From NCBI GenBank assembly GCA_965240325.2, contig OZ251222.1:434001-498000 (forward strand): a stretch of 64,000 nt of DNA. Reading direction: 5' to 3'. How positions within the stretch are numbered: position 1 is the first letter of the stretch; every line of letters begins with the position of its first letter. A program made the translations under genes and the position numbers. This DNA is from Rebecca billardiae RCC1528. Its lineage: Eukaryota; Protista; Haptophyta. A model generated the notes under the pieces. That model had not been told where the DNA came from and did no database searches. It saw nothing but the letters and a program-made list of their open reading frames with translations. Below are positions 53,301 through 62,349 of the stretch, in pieces.

Positions 53301-55394
53301 TTTCGGGCTGCTGCGGTACTCGGACGCGCGCGAGCTGTACGAGTCGTTCTACATCGCGTTCGCCTCGATCTCCGTGCTCTGGGGCGCGCTCGTGTACGTC
53401 TTCTGGCGGCGGCACGCCAACTCGCTCGCGCTGCAGTGGGGCGTGTCCGAGCTGCACGAGAAGGAAAGCCCCAACCCGGCGTTCGTCGGGCGCGTGGTGG
53501 ACGACCACGTGTACGGCGGGGTGCGGCGCGACGTGTCCGGCTGGACGCGCTGGCCCGCGTACCTGCACACGCTGTGGCACATGCTCATCCAGGTGCTCGT
53601 GCTGATCGTCCTCGAGTACTGCGTGTACGCGCACTGGGTCTGGCTCAACGAGAGCCTCGACAACCCGCAGACCTCGATCTACTACTACTACTTCCACTCG
53701 AGCTTCGTCAACTCGCTGCTGTACATCGTGCTCATCATGTACGGGCAGTACGTCGTGTGGTCGTATGTCGCGCACTGGTGCACGGGCAAGGAGAACTGGG
53801 CCTACATGTGCGCGCCCTGCCGACGCCGCGCGCGCGGCGCGCGGCGCGCGGACCGGCCGTGACAGCCGCCTGCGGCTGGCGCGGCGCACGGCGCGCGCGC
53901 ACACGGCGCGCTCGCTGACGTCTCGTGCGCGGCTCACGCCCCCGCCCCACGCGGTCCGCCCCGTCGCCCCCGCCGCCGCCCGCCCCGTCCGCTCCCGCCT
54001 GCTCCCGTCGCGTGCCGCTGCGCTCCGCAGGCGGCAGTTCAGCCGCAACTACGTCTCGTATGTCTTCCTATTCATCTGGCTCGATGGGTACATGTGGTCG
54101 CTGATCATCGGGCTGGTGCACATCCCGACGGTGGAGTGGTACCAGAGCAACGACGGCGACCTGACCGAGGTCAACTTCCCCATCTTCGGCCGCCTCTTCA
54201 AGTCGAACGACCACGACGCTGACTACTGGATGGTGCGCGGCGCGCGCGCGCGCGCGCGCACCGCGGCGGCCGCGGCCGCGGCCGCTCGGCGAGGCGGCGA
54301 GGCGGCGGCGGCGGCGGCGCGGACGGCGCGCGCGCGCGCTGGACGCTCACTCGCGCTCACGCGTCGCCGCGCGTGCGCGCGCCGCCGCGCGCGCGCGCCG
54401 CGCGCAGCAAAAGCACACGGACACGATCATCCTGATGCTCTCGACCAACCAGATCGCCGGCCTCTTTGCTGAGAACGTCTTCCCCGTCCTCTTTGTCTAC
54501 TTTGTGCACCGCACGCTCAGGAAGCAGCGGCGGTACGAGGCGGACGAGCGCGCGGCCGGGCGCGGCACGGCGGACAACATGTTCGACCCGGCGGGCGGCG
54601 GCTCGCGCTCCGAGCTGGACAAGCTCGTGCAGCAGGCCAAGGAGGAGTGGTGGCTGTGGGAGTACTCGACGCAGGACGACTACTACGACGTGGTGCTCTT
54701 CATCGGGTACATCGCCACGTACACGGTGATCTGGCCGGTCACGCCGCTCATGTCGTGGGTGAACAACCACATCGAGCTGCGCACGGACCTGATCAAGATC
54801 AACCGCGCGTGGCGGCGGAAGGTGCCGATGCGCGTCCCGGGCATCGGCGCGTGGGAGCAGGCCCTCGGCATCTCCGTCCTCCTGTCGATTGTCCTCGTCG
54901 TCGCGTTTGGCACCATCTCGACACGCACCGCCGAGACCTTCTTCCGGACTTTCGAGAATCCGGCGCACCCGCAGCACGAGACGTTCTGGAACCCGAAGAC
55001 GGGGCACGTGTGGATCGCGTACCGCTTCGTCGTGCTCTTCGCGTGGGAGCACGTGCTCGGCGTGCTCGTCTTCGCCATCATCTTCTTCATCCCGCCGTGG
55101 ACGACGCGGCTGCGCGCGCACAAGTACCTGCAGCAGAAGGACCGGCTGCAGAGCGAGGCGCGCCACGACGAAGGCGCGCCCGCCGCGGATCGCACGCCGA
55201 GAGCCAAGGGCTCGGGCGGCAACCCGGGCCAGAGCGGCTCGGGCGGCGTGACGACCTCGGCCTGCCACTCAGCGAGCGCCGGCTCGACCCGAAATCGCAA
55301 GGCGGGCTCGGCCGACCCAAAGGCGGCGGGTGCGGCGGCCGCAACGGCGAGCGTGGACACCGGCGGGAGATTTGGATTTCGCCAGTATTTTTGA
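50341..55394 (+). CDS. TMEM181/Wntless-like domain fused to anoctamin (TMEM16), 3 exons, ~1551 aa
   Basis: Exons 50341-53807, 54031-54232, 54408-55394. TMEM181 motifs WLPQQR..LLFLYNDP, FWLPK, QQDP. Anoctamin motifs FPLHD, LRNHYGEEVGFYY, KENW, DDYYDV..GY, NNHIELRTD, GIGAW, WEH. Confidence 0.85.
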
Positions 55395-55647
55395 CGGCGG
55401 CGGCGACGCCGCGGGCGAGACGGGTGTCGATGCTGACGACGACGACGACGCCGATGCGCTGCTGGGCGCTTGATGAAACCCAAACGCGGGTGCGGCGGCT
55501 GCAACGCGCGAGTCTCAACGACACCGCGGCGGAATCCGGCCGGACGGAGTCCGACGGCTATATTACTATTATTAGTATGCTGGCTGGCTGCTGGCATATA
55601 TATATAGTATCGTCGTGCCCGCTGGCGGCCGCTGGCCCGCCGCTAAC

Positions 55648-57750
55648 TTACTGCTGCTGCTGCTTATTATTCTGCTGCGCCATATCGTGATCGTCATCAG
55701 CAGTAGTCGTCGCAGACTCGCAGCAGCAGTGGTAGTACAGAAAGCGATGCACGGGCTTCGCTTCGAGAGCGCACGCCACCTCAGTCTCGGTGCGACCACA
55801 GATCGGCAGTGGGCTTGCTGCGAGCCAACCGGGGCCGACAGCGGGCTTCCCCCCTTGCGCGGCGTACCGAAGCTGGCGCAGGGGCATCGTCGGCGTGACG
55901 CCCGTCGCTCCCGCCGATCGCGCGTCCGGGCCCGCACCCTGCGGAATCTCCTCCTGCACCAGCGCGCGCATGGTGCACGACCGCCACTCTCGGCCGCGGA
56001 GCAGCTCGTCCACGCCCTCGCGCATCGCCACGGCCACGTCCTCCGCGTTGGTGCTCACGTACAAGAAGCCGCCCGCGCCGCGCTGCTCGATCGCGTGCAG
56101 CGCAAGCCTGAGCAGCTCGCGGTTGGCCATGAACCCCTCGCGCCCAGGCAGCTGCTGGTTGCCAGGCGCTCGTCCGAGCACGTCGGCCTCGTCCCGAGTC
56201 GCCCCGGCCGCAGGGCCAACGGAGTCGGCAGGGCCGTCCCCGCTCGCCCTAAAGGGTGTGGGGAATTGGATCAGCACAGCGAGCGCGCCCTCGGGCGCGT
56301 GAGGAGGGCGCGCGCGCGAGGCCCAGCGCAGCGCGTCCTCGGCTGTCGCCGTGGCAAACGCCGCCCGCCCGCTGAGCCCGAGCCGCGTCGCCATGCCCGC
56401 CGCGTACCGGACGGCCGCGTGCCGCAGGTCGCAACCGACGAACCGGCCGTGCTCGTGGCGGAGCAGGTGGGCCACTGCCGGGTGCAGCGGAGGCTGCGGC
56501 TCGATCAGCTCGACGCGCCGCGCGCCGCCGGCTGCGTGCGCTGCCAGCCCAAGGATCGATGCGCCGTACCCGCAGCCCACGTCAATGACCAGCGGCGCGG
56601 CGCGGTGCGCCGTCGGGTTCGGGAGCAGGGGCGGCTGCAGCTGCAGCGCCGCGAGTGCCTCTGTGTCCGAGTCTGCTCCGGCTTGCCTCGGCGCGCTCCC
56701 GCGAGAGGCGTCCGCCACCTCCGCGGGTGTGAGCTTCCGCTGCCGTGCGGCGTGGCGCCAGAGCCAGAGCAGCGGGCGCGCGTCGAAGATGGTCAGCGTG
56801 CCGCGCGCGCACAGCGCCTGCCGCGAGGACAGCCCGAGCGCAGGCTCCGTCTCCACCGGCCGCACAGCGCCGCCACCGCCCGCAGCCCCGATGCGATCTG
56901 CAGATGCGGCCTCGCCCGCCTCACCCGCCTCGCCCGCGCTGCGCTGCTGCTCAGCAGCATGCGCCCGCTCGGCGCGCACGCGCGCGGCGGCCGTGGCGAA
57001 GACCGGATGACGCGGATCGACGCCCGCGGCGGCGCAGCGCTCGACCATCGGCAGCACGTCGACAACGCGCCGCGCCCGCCGCACCTCCTCGAGCAGCCTA
57101 TCCGCCAACGCGCCGTATGGCGCAGCGGCGCGCACGCCCGCGAGTGCAAAGTTGAGTGCGGCGTCAGCGGCCTTGCGCCCGTGCATCTCCGGGCCGCCGG
57201 TGGAGGCGAGGCGCGCGAGGGCCGCGTCGAGCAGCGCGTCGATCGCTGCTTCGGCGCGCACGGCGTCCGGTCCGGGCGCCGCGACCTCAGCTCCGAGCAG
57301 TGCAGCGGCCTGAGCAAGCTGTGCGACTGATGTCGCCGCCAGCGACGTTGCCGCACGCGCACGCGCGTCCGTGCGCTCCGGGCTGCTGGCGAGCATGGCG
57401 TCGCGCGCGACGTCACAAAGCCCTCGCTTGGGAGCGGGCGACATCGAGCCACCGCGCGGGTGCCCACTTTCGGCGCGCCGCCATTCGCTCGGGCCATCCC
57501 GAGTGTCGATCACGTCGACGTCAAACGCGCGGAGCGCATCGCGGAGCGCGTCCGCCGAGTCGAAGTGGCCCGCGAGCCGTTCCGCCTGACGGTGTCGGAG
57601 GAGCGCCGCGATGGCGACGCAGCTATTCTCACGCTTGCACGCGGATAAGGGCTTCACGTAGGGCAAAGTCGGCACACTTGGCACAGCGCGGCCACACGCT
57701 GCGCATGTGAGTGTTGCCCATGGGACCAGCGCAGAGATCAGTGGCAGCAT
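55648..57750 (-). CDS. SAM-dependent methyltransferase (TrmB-like) with CysRS anticodon-binding-like N-terminal domain
   Basis: RQAERLAGHFDSADALRDAL..VIDTRDG..WR; VIDVGCGYG; VGCDL; LIQFPTPF; GGFLYVSTN; RTETE. Hydrophobic N-terminal targeting peptide. Confidence 0.7.
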   Translation of the reverse strand: MLPLISALVPWATLTCAACGRAVPSVPTLPYVKPLSACKRENSCVAIAALLRHRQAERLAGHFDSADALRDALRAFDVDVIDTRDGPSEWRRAESGHPRGGSMSPAPKRGLCDVARDAMLASSPERTDARARAATSLAATSVAQLAQAAALLGAEVAAPGPDAVRAEAAIDALLDAALARLASTGGPEMHGRKAADAALNFALAGVRAAAPYGALADRLLEEVRRARRVVDVLPMVERCAAAGVDPRHPVFATAAARVRAERAHAAEQQRSAGEAGEAGEAASADRIGAAGGGGAVRPVETEPALGLSSRQALCARGTLTIFDARPLLWLWRHAARQRKLTPAEVADASRGSAPRQAGADSDTEALAALQLQPPLLPNPTAHRAAPLVIDVGCGYGASILGLAAHAAGGARRVELIEPQPPLHPAVAHLLRHEHGRFVGCDLRHAAVRYAAGMATRLGLSGRAAFATATAEDALRWASRARPPHAPEGALAVLIQFPTPFRASGDGPADSVGPAAGATRDEADVLGRAPGNQQLPGREGFMANRELLRLALHAIEQRGAGGFLYVSTNAEDVAVAMREGVDELLRGREWRSCTMRALVQEEIPQGAGPDARSAGATGVTPTMPLRQLRYAAQGGKPAVGPGWLAASPLPICGRTETEVACALEAKPVHRFLYYHCCCESATTTADDDHDMAQQNNKQQQQ

Positions 57751-58083
57751 GATGCCGGGGGACGACTCGGGCTGCCGGCTGCAGGAGGCGCTCGCGTCGT
57801 TTGCCCGGCCGAAGTGGGCCTCGCCGTACGCCAGCGAGAGGAGTTCACCGTCGGCGTGCGCGGACGTCGCGCATTCAGATCGGCGTCACGATGTCGCCGA
57901 CTCACCAGTTGCATTCCGAAACACCTCCCAGGTCCGGTGGGGGCCCGGCCGGGCGGCCGCCCGGGCCGGGCGGCCGTGGGGGGGCGGGGCGTCCGAGTGT
58001 CCGACTGCCCCACTCCGCCCGGACTGCCAACATGGGCGCACAGGACTCCAATCTCAAATTAATCTCGGGCTCTTTTTTTAGTA

Positions 58084-58714
58084 CAGGGGGGTCCAGATGA
58101 AGTTGGGGAGTTTTGAAGGGAAGCCATGGCGGGCGTGAATGGCCGTCCCACCGCGATCCAAGGCGCGAGTGCAACGTCCGGGACAGGGGGGCGTTGCACT
58201 CGCCGGTCGGCGTCGCCGTACGAGCGCGCGTGCGTGAGTGACAGCTTCCCTTCCGACTTTTCGACCACTCTCACGTCCACGTCCACGTCATCGTGTGACC
58301 GGCGCGCGCGAGACTGCGCATGGGAAGGATGGGCAAGTAGTGGGCAGGATCACCCTTCTGATGGCTGTGTTGACCTCTGGGGCATGCCAGGCGAGGGTGC
58401 AGACCTATCAATGTTCTGCCTGACCCCACAAGTCGTGAGTCTGACGATCAATGTTGGCTACGCGGTAGTCGTGCGACCGCCGTCCGACACGGCTGCCATG
58501 CGATTACGCGTGGCGTGTGCGCGCCTGTCAACGGCGGGGTGATCAACGACCGGCATGGCTAGCAAGCTGGTCAGTGATAGCAGCAGCCTTCTCTGGGACC
58601 ACGCCGCGCGATTTGGCGACCTCGCCACGGCTCAATGCCCGTCCAGAGGCACGGACGTGCCGCACTACCTGGCCAGCCACCATCGAAGTACCCGCCACCA
58701 TCTGGACCCCCCTG
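58084..58714. mobile_element. Tc1/mariner-type non-autonomous element (MITE)
   Basis: TA|CAGGGGGGTCCAGATG ... CATCTGGACCCCCCTG|TA: perfect 16-bp TIRs and TA TSD. Confidence 0.85.
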
Positions 58715-58790
58715 TAGCTACGGCCGCTACCGACGCCGACACATCCTCGCGGGGTCGGCTGGGCGACGGAGGGTCCCGTCATCCGCGCCG

Positions 58791-59642
58791 ATGGCAACGA
58801 CGACGCGTTCACGCTACAGCAAAGAGCGCTTCAGGGGTTACGTGGGGGACGACTGCTGCTGTCCGATCTGTCTCGACGTTCTCGACACACCGGTGTGCTC
58901 GGCCAAATGCGATGAGCACCCTGCGTGCCAGGTGTGCTTCCGAGCCTGGCTGGAGCGTCGGGGCGCGGATGCCGCGTGCCCCGTTTGCCGCACGCCAATG
59001 TCATCCCAAGACGACCTCAAGCCAGCGTCGCGCTTCCTCCGCTTGCAGCTGTCGCAGCTCCAGATCCGCTGCGAGCACGAGGGCTGCGAGTGTTTCGTTC
59101 CGCTGGATGGCCTCGACGCGCACCTGCAGACGTGCGCCTTCAAGCCAATGCATGGTGGCTCCGTTGGCGCCCTGCACGCTGAGATCGCCGAGCTCAAGGG
59201 CCAGGTGCACACCCTTGCCACTGCCCTTGACAGCGTGCTGAGAGCTGTGGTGCCTACCAAGCAGTATTCACGTGGAGAGGACATCACAACCTGGGAGATG
59301 CGATTTCACGAAGGCACCAAAGTGCCATCTGGCTTGCTTCATGACGAGGACGGCCGCGGCCGCGATGGCCAGCGGCTGCCCGAACCCCGCACCCCTCCGT
59401 TCGATGCGTACCATGACGAAGTCGATGCTCTTGTCCGTGAGCAAATGGTGCGCAATGCTGAACGGATGGCTCGAGGCGAGCGGGTCGACGTGGAGTTCAA
59501 CGACTGCATTCCGGATTCGGAGCAACCTATGGCACTGCGTAGGGAGGCAGTGAGGAAGGCAAAAGCAAAGATGTGCGTGAGGAAGTTGGCCGAGGTCAAA
59601 GGTCAAGTGCGCGAGGTCAAGAACGCGACCGCCACTCAGTGA
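58791..59642 (+). CDS. RING-HC plus TRAF/SIAH-type zinc finger and coiled coil (NRDP1/TRAF-like N-terminus)
   Basis: CPICLDVLDTPV..C.EHPACQVC..WL..CPVCR; LQIRCEHEGC..LDAHLQTC; heptad LHAEIAELKGQV. Confidence 0.8.
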   Translation: MATTTRSRYSKERFRGYVGDDCCCPICLDVLDTPVCSAKCDEHPACQVCFRAWLERRGADAACPVCRTPMSSQDDLKPASRFLRLQLSQLQIRCEHEGCECFVPLDGLDAHLQTCAFKPMHGGSVGALHAEIAELKGQVHTLATALDSVLRAVVPTKQYSRGEDITTWEMRFHEGTKVPSGLLHDEDGRGRDGQRLPEPRTPPFDAYHDEVDALVREQMVRNAERMARGERVDVEFNDCIPDSEQPMALRREAVRKAKAKMCVRKLAEVKGQVREVKNATATQ

Positions 59643-59760
59643 TGATGGCAGCCTGCTGGTCCAAACGCACTGCGGTGACTGGGGCACTTTGCATCACTCA
59701 TACCGTTGAAACTTTGCATGCACTGGCTTTATTCTAGGCTCTGCTCGCTCACGACCGCTT

Positions 59761-59808
59761 TACAGTTTACTAAGAATAAGAGACGCACACAGCTCAGGCA
59801 GGCGAGAT
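59761..59808. repeat. 48-bp dispersed repeat (second copy at 7163-7215, inverted)
   Basis: TACAGTTTACTAAGAATAAGAGACGCACACAGCTCAGGCAGGCGAGAT. Confidence 0.85.
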
Positions 59809-60034
59809 ACATTAGTACCGTACAGTCAGTACTAATATTAGATAATAGATCGCTGCTACTGAGTAGCGTTTAGACTTTAGTCGACTGAACCGGCGGACCG
59901 ACGGCGACAGTGTCAGTTCTGTCAGGCCCTCAGTGTCAGGCGGCTACTAGGCCCGGACTCCTGACACTGTCCCGCCGAGTCACTATGACCCGGACCGGAG
60001 ACACTAGTGATGTTGCCACACTAGCGCGTCTTAA

Positions 60035-61387
60035 CCCCTATTGTGGAACGGACCCCTATTGTGGAACGGCGCCAGTTTTTCCTATGTAGAGCTCGGATGT
60101 CGCGGAGGCGATGAGATCGGCGGCTACCGCCGTGTGCGCCTGGCCAAGGCGCGTCCAACGAGCCCAAGAACGTCGCCATAGCCCCGCCCCAGCGCCGTCC
60201 GCAGCCGATCATTTGCTGAAGTCAGACCTGAGAATCTGGTGTGAAAAAATGGTTTTCGGCTCCTGTAGGCCGAAGCTTCGGCCGGGAGGGCGCGCACGGT
60301 ATTTTTGGGAGCTCCCCGAAAGCAGCCCGGGCAGGGAATCAAGCCGGCTTGCCGCTGCCGCACGCGTGGATGGAGCGCGAGTGACACGAATTGGGTCAGG
60401 TCAGCATGGCTGATTCCTGGGTTGGAGGGTCGAGGACGCCCCGCCGCGGCGGGGGGCGGTGCGGCGGCGCGAGCTGACTGGTGGCGATGATGAACGCGTA
60501 GCCGAAGGTGCCGGGCCGTCAGGCGACGCCCAACCCCGCAAAGCAGCTTCATCGCCTGCCGACCGCGCGAGAGCCACGCCGCGTGAAGCGGCTGGGCGCG
60601 AGTGGACTACGACCCGCCAGATGCAGCCATCAGGGACTGTGTGTAGAGCGGGGAGCTGGCGTGAGGGCACAGCTGTCGCCGACTTCGGCGCATATGCCGT
60701 GACAACTGGCCACGCTCTGTCGGATGGTGAAGGACCCGACCAGCCCGTCGAGGCCGCTGGGGCTGCAGCAGCGGCTGAGTGGCTGTGACGGTCGAGCAGA
60801 TGCACACCGACCAGGTCGTGGAGATAGCGCTACTCAGCTACGCGCCGACCACGCGGCAGGTCTGCATCGATGCGGCGCTTCTCTTCCTGCGTAGCGGCGC
60901 GCCCTTCTCGACGCTCTCCAGCATGCCCTGGAAGCGGTGGTGTCGGCGGCGGCTCAGGCGCCACGCGAAGGCGAGCGAGCGTCGATGACGGACACGCTCG
61001 TCGACCGCATCACTCATCGTGGAGAGGGTTCGCGCGGGCAAGACGTGCCCCCCGGCGGCTGCGGGGTCGAGGGCGGGTGCCCACACCACCAGCGCGCCGG
61101 CGAGCGCCAGCGGGCCGACTGCGAACGCTCAGGAGCCAGCAGTGGCACCGTCCTGAGCGAGGAACCAAAATCGTTCCACAATAGGGGTCAGTCGACCCTT
61201 CGACGCACCCCGCGGGCGCGCGCGCGCGCGCGGGGGGGGGCGGGCGAGTTCCGAGCTCCGCACCCTCAGTGGTGTATGGTCCCTTCGGTAGGACCCATGG
61301 CCAGTACCTGACACCTTAAGTTCGCTCGCCGAACCGCACTACCTCGCCCTAGGGGCAGAAAACCCGAAAATCGTTCCACAATAGGGG
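60035..61387. mobile_element. piggyBac-like non-autonomous element
   Basis: TTAA|CCCCTATTGTGGAACG ... CGTTCCACAATAGGGG|TTAA. Extra TIR copies at 60053-60068 and 61172-61187. Confidence 0.9.
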
Positions 61388-61748
61388 TTAAGAATAAGAC
61401 GTTAGAGTGTATTGAGTCCGACGTTACTCACAGGACTCGGACTCGGTAAGTCGGCGGTCGTTACAGGACTCAGGAGTCCTGCGTAGTTAGCCGGTAGAGC
61501 CGAGTCTGACTCTGAGCTGCTAGTCAGCCTAGAGCAGAGTGCTCTAAGCTTAAAGCTACTACTAATAAAGCGGGCTCCGGCTTCGGTCCACCCCCCCCAG
61601 TCCGGTCAGTGGAGCGTTACATCTTGACACTGCAATCGACGGTATCGCAGCCTCTGATGATCTACAATAGCTCCTAGCCCACCCCAGGCGGTCCCTTGGA
61701 CCGCTTGGACGATATTACGGCCAGATGGATCTAATCCGAGCCACACCT

Positions 61749-61906
61749 CCAATAGGTTCAGACTCTATTTTCTATAACTAAATACCCAGCCCGGGTATCA
61801 TTTTCGCATATGTATACCGGTGTCCGGAACGCTCCCGGACTGTGCTGAAATCTGAGTAAGTGACGGGTAATTACATAGTAAAAATTATAGAGTCTGAACC
61901 TATTGG
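61749..61906. mobile_element. Small AT-rich MITE-like inverted repeat
   Basis: Perfect 20-bp IR CCAATAGGTTCAGACTCTAT (61749-61768 and 61887-61906) with imperfect extension on both sides. No TSD seen. Confidence 0.6.
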
Positions 61907-62349
61907 GACGGGTGGTCGGACCATGCGACATTTCTCGTTGAAGTCATCAATCGGGGGTCGGAAGGGACTCTGCCGTGCATGGTCCGCTTGGTTGACTTCG
62001 GCTCGGGGCCAAGACGTAAGTCGTTACGGAGCTGGGCCTGGGCCGGGGCCGGTGGACCGGAGCCGGCCCGAGCCAAAGCCCGTTGCCACTGAAGGCACTC
62101 GCCCGCATCAGATGACTCGGCAGTCAGTCTACGCGGAGTAGACAGTATGAGTAGTACGGGTGCTTGCGGAGCGAGTGTGCTGAAGCTCACGAAGGGTCAG
62201 TCACGGAGCTGCCCATGATAAAGCCATCTTTGAAACTGTCAGTGTCAGTCAGCTGCGACGGACCCTCGCAACGGTTGCGACAATGACATCGGCTGACGGC
62301 AGCCCTGCTGGCTACCGCCCGTCCGGGCTGAGCCGACGCGCCCGTCGGC

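Noticed and set aside
9110-54407. Introns as introner elements, or enrichment of in-frame (3n) introns
   Set aside because: No shared internal sequence beyond (GC)n runs; 4 of 15 are 3n, about chance level.
59253-59310. PTKQYSRGEDITTWEMRF resembling a retroelement Gag start
   Set aside because: No zinc knuckle, protease, reverse transcriptase or LTRs follow.
7163-59808. A giant 52-kb element bounded by the inverted 48-bp repeat
   Set aside because: No TSD, the TA|CAGT ends face the wrong way for one enclosing element, and the interior holds housekeeping genes.
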